The notes under the pieces: generated by a model
Database searches by the model: none
What the model saw: the letters and a program-made list of their open reading frames with translations, nothing else
Told to the model about the DNA's origin: nothing
Made by a program: the position numbers and the translations under genes
Part shown: positions 49,696 through 60,510 of the stretch, in pieces
How the letters are laid out: the number at the start of each line of letters is the position of its first letter
Numbering within the stretch: the stretch's first letter is position 1
Source: an uncultured Candidatus Micrarchaeota archaeon
GTDB taxonomy: Archaea; Micrarchaeota; Micrarchaeia; Burarchaeales; Fermentimicrarchaeaceae
Length of the DNA: 64,000 nt
Direction of reading: 5' to 3'
NCBI GenBank assembly: GCA_903884505.1
Contig: CAISET010000015.1
Span: 10,819-74,818 of the forward strand

Positions 49696-50802
49696 GTGGC
49701 ACTGAAAGAGCAGCTCCTTTCGACCGTTTTGAAGAAAGAGGAGCTGAGCCCCATCGAGCGGTTCAAGTTCGAAAGCCTGCTTTCTGACAAGTTCGGGAGG
49801 GATGGCCTGCGCGTCTATTTTCTCATAAACGGGATCAACACCGTGCAGCAGATGCTCTCGCAGACCGGAGTCAGCGAGAAGAGGCTCCTCGAAATCCTTA
49901 ATTTCGCGTCCGACAGCGGGGTCATCCGAATCGCGCCCACGCTTCTCGAGGACGTCCCTTCCGGGCCGGCCCCTGGCGTGGCGCCAGACATGGCGAGGGC
50001 GAAGGCAGGCGTCATGCCCACTCTCCGCTCATCCGCTGAGAAGAAGCTCTATGACCAGTTCGGCCAGCAGGGCGTTGATGTCTACCGGCTCATGGACAAG
50101 GTCAGCCTCCCTTCCGAAATCCTCTCCCGCATCCCAATCCAGGAGGCAAAGCTGCTCGAGATACTCAAATACATGCAGAAGGAGGGCCTCATCGGGCTGC
50201 AGGCCCCCGAGGAGGCGCCCGCCGAGATTGAAGAGGAGGAGATTCCCGCGCCAAGGGAGGAAGCCCCAAGGCCCGTTAAGGCGCAGATGCCCCCGAAGCT
50301 TCCAACCCAGGAGCTCGCGCTTCCCCCGCGGCCAGTCTACCTCCCAATAAAGAGGCAGCTCGGCCTTTTCGGAAAGCTGAAGATAGAGGCGGAGCTCATC
50401 AAAAGGTTCGGCCAGCACGGCATGCACCTCTACTCGCTCATAGACGGCGAGAGGACCACCATCAAGCTTTCCAAAATCTCCAGGTACCCGATGTCGCTCA
50501 TCGACAGCATGCTCGACATCCTTTCCGCGCACGGCGCAATCGAGCTGCGCGAGCTCACCGGGGACGAGATAAGGGAGCGCTACGGGGAGGAGGGGCTCGC
50601 AATCTACGACGTCTACGGCCGCGACGGCGTGCTCATCTACGAGATGATAGACAAGCGCGCCACAATCAAGGAGATAATAATGGCAAGCGGCCTCCCGCCC
50701 AAGCGCGGGGTTGAGATTTTCGCCTTCATCCACAAGATCCTCGGGCTCGAAATCCCGCTGGACACCAACATCCTCTACAGGCAGCTCGGGATAGAGGAAT
50801 AG
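49696..50802 (+). CDS. Protein with four winged-helix-like repeats
   Basis: Repeated (F/Y)GxxGxxxYxxID/NG..T..E pattern; divergent from the ATPase operon. Confidence 0.75.
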   Translation: MALKEQLLSTVLKKEELSPIERFKFESLLSDKFGRDGLRVYFLINGINTVQQMLSQTGVSEKRLLEILNFASDSGVIRIAPTLLEDVPSGPAPGVAPDMARAKAGVMPTLRSSAEKKLYDQFGQQGVDVYRLMDKVSLPSEILSRIPIQEAKLLEILKYMQKEGLIGLQAPEEAPAEIEEEEIPAPREEAPRPVKAQMPPKLPTQELALPPRPVYLPIKRQLGLFGKLKIEAELIKRFGQHGMHLYSLIDGERTTIKLSKISRYPMSLIDSMLDILSAHGAIELRELTGDEIRERYGEEGLAIYDVYGRDGVLIYEMIDKRATIKEIIMASGLPPKRGVEIFAFIHKILGLEIPLDTNILYRQLGIEE

Positions 50803-50804
50803 CC

Positions 50805-53800
50805 ATGTCCCGAAACCGTGCCCAATCAGAACCCCCGATGCGCAGGCTTGAGTCGCCTTCGGCGATTGTGTCGCCTTCCGGCGACAGCTCGCCAACTTCG
50901 TTGGCGACTGCTGCGCAACTTCCGTTGCGCATCGCTCTTCGTTCCAACGCGATTTGCGCTTCGGCGCAAATGCGTCGCAGTTCGCCACCGAGGCGAACTT
51001 GCGAACGAACTCGCTCGCCGCGCATATCCAGTCGCCTTCGGCGACTGCCTGTTGCGCGTTGCGCAACATCGTCGGTTCCTGAACCTCCGCACATCAAAGG
51101 TCAGGCAGCCATAGAGTTTCTTATTACAAACGGCTGGGCCATCCTCGTCGTAGTCATCCTTCTCGCCGTCCTCTTCTACATAGGAGTTTTGAGCCCCCAG
51201 AACACCACGCCTAACACCTGTCTTTTCCAACCCGGCTTCTCCTGCTACACATTCAAAGTGGGAAATGTAACCGGTTCCCTGGAACTGGATTTTGGCCAGG
51301 CGACAGGCAAATCAATTCTAGTCACAGGAATCTCCTGCTCCCAGAACGCAACTGCCGCACTCCATACATCTCCCCTTGCGGAGGACATCACCGTCCCATC
51401 AGGCGAGCATCGCTGGATTGCCGGGGGAACTTCCAACAACAGCGGCATCATCTGCGAAGGCGCGACAGGCGTGGCAGGTAGCAGGTACAAGGGCACAGTC
51501 TGCGTAAATTACATCGAATCCGACGCCAACGCCCAAAGATTAATCTGCGGAGACATAAACGCGAGGCTTGAGCCGGCATCCATACCCCGCGGGAGCCCGA
51601 CAACTACGCCATACCCGACTCCGCCGCTAGGAGCGACTCCCATCACCGACTGCTCCTCCAGCCCCATCATAATCAGCTCTCCGGGCTATTACTACCTGAA
51701 CAGCAGCCTTACCTCAAGCGGCAACAACTGCATAGAAATAACCGCGGACGCCAGCAACTCCATCCTGGACTGCTATGGCCACAGCATAACCGGCACACCC
51801 TACAGTGGCGCGGGCATCTATCTGCAGGCCACCACTGGAGTAACTCTGAGGCATTGTGTCGTTAGCACATTCTATCAGGGCATTCTCCTGGGCCCTTCCT
51901 CCACTGGCAACATCATCACGGACAACACCGCCAGCTCGAACCAACATGGCATCTTCCTTCAGTCGGCCAACGGCAACACCATAACCGGCAACATTGCCAA
52001 TTCGAACGGCGACACGGGCATCTACTTCTTCTCCTCGAGCGACAACAACCTTACCGGCAATAACGCCCTTGCAAACAACGGCTACGGCATCTATACGGAC
52101 GGCAACTCGGCCAACAACCTGTTCACGGGAAATGCCGCCTGCTGGAACCGGAACCAGGACGTCCACTGCGACGTGTCCCAGAGCGAGGGCAATGATAACA
52201 TCTGCATGCCCTACGAGGAAACCGTCTGCTCGGGCAGCATCACCTGCAACCCCGTCTGTCCGGCTCCCCCGGCTCCCGCATGCGCGCCAGGCTTTGTGGT
52301 GAGTTCCTGCGACTGCGTGCTGAACGTTCCCGGCAATTACACGCTTGAAAGCGACCTGAATGAGACGCAGGGCGGCGACTGCATAGATATCATAGCAAAT
52401 GATTCGAACCTCGACTGCCAGCACCACAGCATCACGAGCCAAAGCGGCGGCACCGGCATAATGATAGTCAACTGGAATACCTATAGCATAAGCGGAGTGA
52501 GCGTTGAAAACTGCAACGCCAGCAACCTCTCATATGGAATTTACGCATACGGCGTGTACAACAGCACAATAACGGACAACATTGCCAGCGCGAACCAATA
52601 TGGCATCTTCATCCAGTCGTCCAGCGGCAACATCATCTCGGGCAACACCGCCAACTCGAACCCCAATACCAACATCTACCTCTCTTCCGCAACAGACAAC
52701 AACCTCACGGGCAACACTGCCCTCGCAAGCATCAACGGCTACGGCGTCTATGCGGACGGCAGTTCGAGCAACAACCTGCTCACGGAAAACTCCGCCTGCT
52801 GGAACCAATACGGGGACGTATACTGCGACGCGCCCCAAACTGAGGGCAACGGCAACATCTGCATGCCATACGAGGGAACCGCGTGCCTGGACAGCATCAC
52901 CTGCAACCCCACATGCCCATCGCCTTCCCCACCGGATTGCGCACCGGGCTGGGTGGTAAGCTCCTGCGGCTGCACGCTGAACATGCCTGGCAACTACACA
53001 CTGGAAAGCGACCTGAATTCCACGGGCGGCGACTGCATAGACATCACGGCAAATGGTGCGAACCTCGACTGCCAGCACCACAGCATCACAACCCAAGGCG
53101 GAGGCAACGGCATAATGATAGCCAACTGGAATACCGGCAGCATAAGCGAAGTGAGCGTTGAAAACTGCAACCCGAGCAACTTCAGCGTTGGCATCTACGC
53201 GTATGGCTTGAGCGGCGGCAACATGAGCGGCAACACCGCCAGCGCCAATTCCGAGGGCATGATGCTGCAGAACTCCAACGGCATTGAAATCACGGGCAAT
53301 ACCGCCAGCTCGAACTCCGATGTCGGCATCCTCCTATCGTCATCAAGCGACAACAACCTCACGGGCAATCACGCCACTGGGAACAACGGAATCGGCGGCA
53401 TCTATGCGGACTCCGGTTCCAGCAACAACCTACTCACGGACAACACCGCCTGCTGGAACACATATTATGGCATCTACTGTGATGCGCCCCAAACTGAGGG
53501 CAACGGCAACATCTGCATGCCATACGGGGAAACCGCGTGCTTGGGCAGCATCACCTGCAATTCCGAATGCCCGCCGCCTGAGCCGCCCGCCTGCGCCCCA
53601 GATTGGGTGGTGAATAGCTGCTCATGCATCCTCGGAGTGCCGGGAGATTATACGCTTGATTCCGACCTGCATTATTCGGACTACAGCGATTGCATAGACC
53701 TCTATTCCGGCGCAAGCGGCTCAACCCTCGACTGCCAGGGGCACAGCATAACCGGAGTTCCGGGCATGGGGCAGGGCATCGCACTCTGGTCCAATAACAT

Positions 53801-55514
53801 CACAGTCAGGAACTGCAACCTGGCCAATTTCAGCAACGGCATCGTTGCCTTCACCACCCACGGCAGCAGCATCATCGGCAACAACGTCAGTTCAACCGAC
53901 TATGGCATCTCCCTATGGTCTTCTTCAACCAACGATACTATTGCGGGCAACAACGCCAGCTTTAACATTTTTGGCATCACGCTGAGTTCGTCCAGTGGCA
54001 ACAACTTCACGGACAACATAGCCATGAACAACACTGCCACCGGAAATTCATTTGCCGACTTCTATTGCATATCGTCGGATTCAAACGGTGATTATGGCAA
54101 CGTCTGTGAAACGCAGGCTGGCTGCGAGTCGTGGCTCGGCTGCGGCCTTATGCCCGCCTGCAGTTCCAGCATCACAGAATGCTGCGTAATCAACTCCACT
54201 GGCTCATACTCGCTCGCGGACGATATCTCTGCCGCCGGCGACTGCATAAGCATCCTGCCCGGTGCTAACGGAGCGACGCTTGACTGCGGCGGCAAGACTA
54301 TTACGGGGCCGGGAAACAGCGGCAACGGAATCCAGTTGTTCGGCACAAGCGGAGTGACTGTGGAGAACTGCGGAGTCAGCGGCTTTATGTACGGCATAAG
54401 CTTGTCATCAGCAAACGGCAATGCAATAACAGGCAACAACGCCAGCTCAAACGGCCAGATCGGCATTTTAATGAGTGCATCAAACGGCAATGATATCACG
54501 GGCAACACAGCTAATTCAGACTATAGCGGCATCAGCATGTCGTATTCCGATGGCAACACGATAACCGGCAATACGGTCTCGAACGGCAACTCGAACGGCC
54601 AAGGTATCATTATGTCCCAATGCGATGGCAATGCCATAACCGGAAACACTGTCACCCTGAACTACTACGGTATTTACCTCTCGTATTCAACCGACAACAC
54701 AATCTCCGGCAATATCGCAAACTCGAACCACTTCGGCATCGAAATAGAGTACTCGAGCTACAACAACACCGTGACTGGCAACACTGCCTGCTGGAGCGGT
54801 GAACTGAATAAGAATATCTACTGCGATGTTGCCCAAAACGACGGCGGCGGCAACATCTGCGCACCTGAGGGCCCGAACACGGTCTGCTCGCACAACGTCT
54901 CCTGCGGTTCCGGATGCCCGCCGCCCCTTCCGCCCTCCTGCGCCCCCGGCTGGGTGATAAGTACCTGCCCATGCACCATCGGAGTGCCGGAGAGCTACAC
55001 GCTTGATTCGGACATTAATTACACGAACCCGTCTGGTGGAACCTGCATAACAGTGTCGGCAGGGGCCAGCGGCGCGACCATAAACTGCCAAGACCACAAC
55101 ATCACAGGCTCAGGAAGCGGCTTCGGCATCTCCCTTTACAGCGTCAACGGCATTAGTGTCGAGAACTGCAAAGTGAGCAACTTCAGCAAGGGCATCTACC
55201 TCAGTTACGCCAATGGCAACACCCTAACTAACAACATCGCCAGCTCGAACCACGATACCGGCATCATGATCGAAGGCTCCAACAACAACACCTTTACGGG
55301 CAACACCGCAAACCAGAACACCTACGAAGGCATGTACCTGCAGTACGGAAGCACAAACAACAACTTCACGGGCAATACGGCAATTGGCAACTCGGACTAC
55401 GACTTCATATGCAACAGCTTGAACTCCAACAATGACCTCGGCGGAAATGTATGCAGCAACCGAGATTCCTGCGGCCCGAACCCGCCCTATTGGCTCAACT
55501 GCACCGCACCGTAG
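50805..55514 (+). CDS. Prepilin-adhesin fusion with six parallel beta-helix (PbH1/NosD-like) modules; hairpin element inserted in the leader
   Basis: KGQAAIEFLITNGWAIL; repeated GIxLxxSxxNxITxN; Cys/Pro linkers. Confidence 0.87.
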   Translation: MSRNRAQSEPPMRRLESPSAIVSPSGDSSPTSLATAAQLPLRIALRSNAICASAQMRRSSPPRRTCERTRSPRISSRLRRLPVARCATSSVPEPPHIKGQAAIEFLITNGWAILVVVILLAVLFYIGVLSPQNTTPNTCLFQPGFSCYTFKVGNVTGSLELDFGQATGKSILVTGISCSQNATAALHTSPLAEDITVPSGEHRWIAGGTSNNSGIICEGATGVAGSRYKGTVCVNYIESDANAQRLICGDINARLEPASIPRGSPTTTPYPTPPLGATPITDCSSSPIIISSPGYYYLNSSLTSSGNNCIEITADASNSILDCYGHSITGTPYSGAGIYLQATTGVTLRHCVVSTFYQGILLGPSSTGNIITDNTASSNQHGIFLQSANGNTITGNIANSNGDTGIYFFSSSDNNLTGNNALANNGYGIYTDGNSANNLFTGNAACWNRNQDVHCDVSQSEGNDNICMPYEETVCSGSITCNPVCPAPPAPACAPGFVVSSCDCVLNVPGNYTLESDLNETQGGDCIDIIANDSNLDCQHHSITSQSGGTGIMIVNWNTYSISGVSVENCNASNLSYGIYAYGVYNSTITDNIASANQYGIFIQSSSGNIISGNTANSNPNTNIYLSSATDNNLTGNTALASINGYGVYADGSSSNNLLTENSACWNQYGDVYCDAPQTEGNGNICMPYEGTACLDSITCNPTCPSPSPPDCAPGWVVSSCGCTLNMPGNYTLESDLNSTGGDCIDITANGANLDCQHHSITTQGGGNGIMIANWNTGSISEVSVENCNPSNFSVGIYAYGLSGGNMSGNTASANSEGMMLQNSNGIEITGNTASSNSDVGILLSSSSDNNLTGNHATGNNGIGGIYADSGSSNNLLTDNTACWNTYYGIYCDAPQTEGNGNICMPYGETACLGSITCNSECPPPEPPACAPDWVVNSCSCILGVPGDYTLDSDLHYSDYSDCIDLYSGASGSTLDCQGHSITGVPGMGQGIALWSNNITVRNCNLANFSNGIVAFTTHGSSIIGNNVSSTDYGISLWSSSTNDTIAGNNASFNIFGITLSSSSGNNFTDNIAMNNTATGNSFADFYCISSDSNGDYGNVCETQAGCESWLGCGLMPACSSSITECCVINSTGSYSLADDISAAGDCISILPGANGATLDCGGKTITGPGNSGNGIQLFGTSGVTVENCGVSGFMYGISLSSANGNAITGNNASSNGQIGILMSASNGNDITGNTANSDYSGISMSYSDGNTITGNTVSNGNSNGQGIIMSQCDGNAITGNTVTLNYYGIYLSYSTDNTISGNIANSNHFGIEIEYSSYNNTVTGNTACWSGELNKNIYCDVAQNDGGGNICAPEGPNTVCSHNVSCGSGCPPPLPPSCAPGWVISTCPCTIGVPESYTLDSDINYTNPSGGTCITVSAGASGATINCQDHNITGSGSGFGISLYSVNGISVENCKVSNFSKGIYLSYANGNTLTNNIASSNHDTGIMIEGSNNNTFTGNTANQNTYEGMYLQYGSTNNNFTGNTAIGNSDYDFICNSLNSNNDLGGNVCSNRDSCGPNPPYWLNCTAP
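50827..51090. mobile_element. Modular hairpin element, copy C (264 bp, in-frame in a coding sequence)
   Basis: Same termini as A and B; eight hairpins; reading frame stays open. Confidence 0.8.
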
Positions 55515-55632
55515 CCCATCCCTTCTCCTGCCCCACTCCGCCGCCATAGCCTGCATCCTCTCCGGCGCCTCAACTCCCAAATGCCCGAAAAGCCTTTTAA
55601 GCACTCTTCCGCCAACCTTAGCGGTGGTTCCC

Positions 55633-57075
55633 TTGGGAGAGAAGCGCGCTCAATCGGCTCTTGAATTTCTCATGACCTACGGCTGGGCCATAGTACTCAT
55701 ACTCGCCGCCATCGCAGCCCTCTACTACTTCGGATTCTTCGAATCCACCCGCTACGTCCCGAGGAGCTGCACGCTGCAGCCCGCGCTTCCGTGCGACACC
55801 TACGTGATGGGCTACAACGCGAGCGCCACCGAGCCGCTCTCCTTCAAGATGCTGAGCCACAACGGCCTCGGTTCCGACATAAACCTCACCGGCTTCTCCA
55901 TAAGCGTTGAAAACATCGGAGGGGTGGGGACGAACACCTACCAGGGCGCATGCTCCAGCTATGACAACACCACCCAAACAATCTCCTCGCTCACGCATCC
56001 GGGCAATCTCATCATCTGCGATGCAGACATACCGGACACGGACCGCATCCCGCGCATCGGCGATCCGGTCCGCTTCACGATAACAATGTATTACGTCAAC
56101 TGCGAAACCGACCCGAACTACCACACGACGGGCTCCTGCTTGGGAGGCACCGCGCACACCGTGCAGGGCTCGGTGAACACGCAGCTCGAGTACGAGCACG
56201 AAATGCCCTACCCCACCCCATGCTGCCCGCTCCCAACCCCGTCCCCAACTGCCAGCCCATCCCCGTCACCTTCGCCAACTGCAAGCCCGTCCCCAAGCCC
56301 CTCACCTTCGCCAAGCCCATCGCCTTCGCCCAGCCCTTCCGTGACCCCATCCTCTTGCCCGACTGGAGGCGGAACCATATTGGCCTGCCCATGCACCATA
56401 CACGGGGCGGGCACGTATACTTTGGGCGATGATCTGAACCCGAATCCAGACGGCTTCACCTGCCTGGTAGTGCAAAGCGATTCCGACAATGCAGTAATCA
56501 ACTGCGATGGCCATAACATCACGGGCCCAGGCGATTTCGGCGTTGTCGTATATGCCAACGGCGTCACCCTTGAGGGCTGCAACATACATCAGTACGGGAA
56601 GGGCATCGTGACTTACGGCAACAACACCATCATAACGAATAATAGGATGACCGAGGGCGACATAGGGATAGACCTTGAAAGCAACGGAAACCGCGTAACC
56701 GGCAACAACGCATCACACAATGGCTATCCCTTAGTTGCCGGCACTGGACTCATAGTAGGCGGCTCCAACAATGTGATTGAGAACAACTATTTCGATTCGA
56801 ACTGGGGCGGCACCGGTTCCTACGAAGGGGGCATTGGCATCGACATAGAAGGGTCGTCGGCAAGCGGCAACAATTTCACAAACAACGAGGCCATCGGGAA
56901 CAACTACTGGGGCGTTTACCTCGGCTATCTCACCCACACCGATAACAGGTTCACGGGCAACACGGCGACCGGCAACCCGCACGGAGACTTCAAATGCAAT
57001 TCGGCAAGCGCCATAGACGGTGACAACATCTGCTCGGACGATCAAGGCTGCAGCAGCTGGCTCCACTCCTGTTGA
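55633..57075 (+). CDS. Prepilin-adhesin fusion with PS linker and one beta-helix module
   Basis: KRAQSALEFLMTYGWA; TTG start after GGTGG; own TTTTAA box at ~55595. Confidence 0.85.
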   Translation: MGEKRAQSALEFLMTYGWAIVLILAAIAALYYFGFFESTRYVPRSCTLQPALPCDTYVMGYNASATEPLSFKMLSHNGLGSDINLTGFSISVENIGGVGTNTYQGACSSYDNTTQTISSLTHPGNLIICDADIPDTDRIPRIGDPVRFTITMYYVNCETDPNYHTTGSCLGGTAHTVQGSVNTQLEYEHEMPYPTPCCPLPTPSPTASPSPSPSPTASPSPSPSPSPSPSPSPSPSVTPSSCPTGGGTILACPCTIHGAGTYTLGDDLNPNPDGFTCLVVQSDSDNAVINCDGHNITGPGDFGVVVYANGVTLEGCNIHQYGKGIVTYGNNTIITNNRMTEGDIGIDLESNGNRVTGNNASHNGYPLVAGTGLIVGGSNNVIENNYFDSNWGGTGSYEGGIGIDIEGSSASGNNFTNNEAIGNNYWGVYLGYLTHTDNRFTGNTATGNPHGDFKCNSASAIDGDNICSDDQGCSSWLHSC

Positions 57076-57198
57076 CCCCAAAAGCCAGCCTGAACAGCCT
57101 TCCGCCATTTCCCCGCAGTGGCGTCCTTGCGCAGAACCGGCAAAAGCGCCAAAAACCCTTTTAAATCACCTTCTGCCCAGTCTTCCCGGGTGGTCCCT

Positions 57199-60100
57199 TT
57201 GAAGAACAGCGGGCAGTCGGCACTTGAGTTCCTCATGACCTACGGTTGGGCCCTACTCGTGGTATTGGTCTTCATCTCCGCCCTCTACCTATTCGGCGTA
57301 TTCGACACGAGCCGCTACATCCCGAGGCAGTGCTACCTGCAGCCCGGGCTCGAATGCACCTCCTTCAAGATGATGAAAAACGAGAGCAACATGACGGTCG
57401 AATTTTCGGGCCGCAACGACTTCGGCTATGACATCGGGTTCGCAAACAACACGGCGACGCTGTTGGCCGAGAACATAGGGGGGATAGGCAAGAACAATTA
57501 CACCGGCACCTGCTCACCCTCCATAGTAAGGGCGGGCACCACCTACACCTGCATCATCAACATCACGGACAATGCGCGCGTCCCCGCGCTCGGCGAAATG
57601 CGCAGGATGTCGCTTTCATTGGGTTTCAAGAACTGCGAGGCCGATCCGGACTACCACACGACCGGCGACTGCTTCACGGTTCTTGCGCAAGACCACACGC
57701 TCACGGGTGAAATCGCCACGCAGATGGAAAACTACCAGAGCCTCAGCCTCTGCGGCAACGGCATATGCGATGACAACCTCGGAGAGACCAATGACACCTG
57801 CTCCCAGGACTGCAACGTCACCGCCGTGGGCCTGCAGATAGCCGCAGACCCGCAAGCCATACCGGCCGACGGCACCTCCTCCTTGCTGGTAACGGTAACA
57901 GTCCTGGACATATTCAGCCACCCCATCGAGGGCGCCTTGGTCCATTTCGAGAAGAACACCAGCGTGGGCTCTTTCAACGTTGACAGCAACACCACCGATG
58001 CGAACGGCCAGGCGACCGTCACCCTGACTTCCGGCAACAGCGAGGCGCAGGTGCAGATAAACGCAACATCCGACACCGCGACGGGCAGCACGGTCGTCGC
58101 CTTCACCTTCGGCTGCGGCGTGATTATCTCGGAGGACACAAACCTCACGGACGACCTTTCCTCCACCAGCCCCGGCTGCTGCATCATCATCGCGGCGGAC
58201 GGCGTAACGCTTGACGGCATGGGCCACACCATTTCCGGCGGCGGCGTCGGGAACGGCGTTTGCGCAATCAACCGCACCGGCGTGACCGCCAAGAACCTCA
58301 GGCTTGCAAGCACCAACTACGGGATATACTTTGAGAACACGAACGACAGCTTCATCACGGGCAACAACGCAACCCCGGACAACGAATACGGCATCATCCT
58401 TAACCTCTCCAACGGCAACAGCCTCTCCGGCAACACCGCCAGCAGCAACGGCGCATACGGCATCTTCCTCACCGCCAGCGCATTCAACATCTTCACGGGC
58501 AACAACATCACCAACAATTCCGGCGACGGCATCTCCCTCGCGAGCAACAGCAATTCCAACAACTTCACCGGCAACAACGTAACCTACAACACGGGGAACG
58601 GCATACGCCTGGACTCCATCAGCAATAGCAACCTCACGGGCAACCGCGTCTGCAGCAACACCGTCTCGGACTTCAGCTGCTCCGGCTCGGCCAACAACCC
58701 GGATGGCAACGTTTACGACACCAACTCCGGCTGCACGGAGATTACGCAGACCGTGGACTGCGCAGGCGAGCACACCATCAATGACTGCACCACGGTTTCC
58801 TCCTCCGGCACATGGCACGTGGGACGGGACATAGGGTTCACGGGCGGCACCTGCTGCATCAACATCACCGCAGACAACGTCGTGATTAACGGCTCCAGCT
58901 ACTCCATCACCGGCGACAACGCCACAGGAAGCATGGGCGTGTGCACGTACGACAAGCAGGGCATCACGGTCGCGGACCTGACCACTGCTTCGGTGCAATA
59001 CGGAATCTATTTCTCCAACACGCAAAGCAGCATTATAACGCGCTGCAATGCCAGGAATACGCTCAGCGGGAGCGGCATCCGCCTTGATTACTCCAATTCA
59101 AACAACATCACGGGCACCAACGTGACCTCGAACGATGCAGCCGGCGTCCCGCGCAATGGTGCCATCTACCTGAACAACTCGGACAGCAACAGGATTACCG
59201 GGAGCAATGCAAGTTCGAACAGCGCGGGAGGCATCCTGCTGCATTATTCCGACAGCAACACCATCTCAGGCAACACTGTCACTTCGAATTCGGGGCCTAG
59301 CGTAGGAGGCATTTACCTAGATGGCAGCAACAGCAACAGCATAACGGGCAATACTGTCAGCGGGAATAGCGACGGCATAGGATTGTTAGGTAATGTGGAG
59401 CCCCCCTACGCCTACTGCTGCAACTCCAACACCGTCTCGGGCAACAGCGTTACAAACAACGGCGTAGGCATCGGCCTAGACTGCAGCGGCGGGACAGGCG
59501 ACGGCCGCAACAACGTCATCTCAGACAACAACATCTGGTCAAACAGCGACAACGGCATTGGCATAACTTCTTCCATACTCGATACCACAATACTGAGGAA
59601 TAACATCACCTACAATACCCATGGCATCGAAGCAATTTTCGGCATGGGCGGCTCTTACATGACAATCGCAGGGAATAACATAAGTTCGAATTCGTTAAGC
59701 GGCATCGTCATAGAAGATGGCGATGTGAACACCATAGCAAACAACACCGTCAATTCGAATAGCCTCGGCGGCATCCGGCTTCACTACTCGACGGGCAATA
59801 CCCTAACGAACAACACATTTAATTCAAATACGGAGACCGGCATATGGCTGCAAAATTCCAACAACACCCAACTCAGCAACAACACGGCCTGTTTCAACTC
59901 CGTAATAGACTTCAATTGCAGCGAAGGCGCGACCAACGACTGGGGCAACAACTTCTACGATTACAACTCAGGGTGCGGCATATTCCAAATCGCCAACTGC
60001 TCATTCTCGCCAATCAGCGACTGCGGCATAATCTCCTCCAGGGGAAACTATTACCTGACGGATGATATCACATTCACGGGCTCCGGCTGCTGCATCAACA

Positions 60101-60465
60101 TAACGTCAGACAACGTCCTCCTCGATGGGAAGTACAAGTCCATAGGGGGCAATGGCAACGGGTACGGGGTCTGCGCCACCGGGAGGCTGAACGTGACGGT
60201 CCAGAATGCCACCGTGTGGGGCACTGAATACGGCATCTACTTCGACGGGACGAACAGCAGCTACATCCTAACCGACATCATGAGCGGGAACACCTATGAC
60301 ATATACGCGCTCTCATCCATCAGCAACACGATTGCAAACAACCTTGCCTGCTCAAGCGATCCCAGTTGGGGCCTCTATTGCTCCGGCTCGAGCGGCACCT
60401 TCACCGATAATAGCTGCAATAACCAGAGCGGATGCGGCGCCACCTGCTCACCCTGCGTGGACTAG
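57199..60465 (+). CDS. Prepilin-adhesin fusion with invasin-type Ig domain and three beta-helix modules
   Basis: SGQSALEFLMTYGWA; ADGTSSLLVTVTV...TDANGQATVTLTS; PbH1 repeats; TTTTAAA box at ~57158. Confidence 0.87.
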   Translation: MKNSGQSALEFLMTYGWALLVVLVFISALYLFGVFDTSRYIPRQCYLQPGLECTSFKMMKNESNMTVEFSGRNDFGYDIGFANNTATLLAENIGGIGKNNYTGTCSPSIVRAGTTYTCIINITDNARVPALGEMRRMSLSLGFKNCEADPDYHTTGDCFTVLAQDHTLTGEIATQMENYQSLSLCGNGICDDNLGETNDTCSQDCNVTAVGLQIAADPQAIPADGTSSLLVTVTVLDIFSHPIEGALVHFEKNTSVGSFNVDSNTTDANGQATVTLTSGNSEAQVQINATSDTATGSTVVAFTFGCGVIISEDTNLTDDLSSTSPGCCIIIAADGVTLDGMGHTISGGGVGNGVCAINRTGVTAKNLRLASTNYGIYFENTNDSFITGNNATPDNEYGIILNLSNGNSLSGNTASSNGAYGIFLTASAFNIFTGNNITNNSGDGISLASNSNSNNFTGNNVTYNTGNGIRLDSISNSNLTGNRVCSNTVSDFSCSGSANNPDGNVYDTNSGCTEITQTVDCAGEHTINDCTTVSSSGTWHVGRDIGFTGGTCCINITADNVVINGSSYSITGDNATGSMGVCTYDKQGITVADLTTASVQYGIYFSNTQSSIITRCNARNTLSGSGIRLDYSNSNNITGTNVTSNDAAGVPRNGAIYLNNSDSNRITGSNASSNSAGGILLHYSDSNTISGNTVTSNSGPSVGGIYLDGSNSNSITGNTVSGNSDGIGLLGNVEPPYAYCCNSNTVSGNSVTNNGVGIGLDCSGGTGDGRNNVISDNNIWSNSDNGIGITSSILDTTILRNNITYNTHGIEAIFGMGGSYMTIAGNNISSNSLSGIVIEDGDVNTIANNTVNSNSLGGIRLHYSTGNTLTNNTFNSNTETGIWLQNSNNTQLSNNTACFNSVIDFNCSEGATNDWGNNFYDYNSGCGIFQIANCSFSPISDCGIISSRGNYYLTDDITFTGSGCCINITSDNVLLDGKYKSIGGNGNGYGVCATGRLNVTVQNATVWGTEYGIYFDGTNSSYILTDIMSGNTYDIYALSSISNTIANNLACSSDPSWGLYCSGSSGTFTDNSCNNQSGCGATCSPCVD

Positions 60466-60510
60466 CCTTTCATAAGCTTTTTTAAACACCCTGCTGCCAA
60501 TTTCCGTACT

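Noticed and set aside
55432..57198. Long N-terminal extensions on the ORFs at 55432 and 57118
   Set aside because: The extensions span TATA-like boxes; RBS-supported TTG starts at 55633 and 57199 give normal short leaders. The SPSA at ~57165 has no hairpin.
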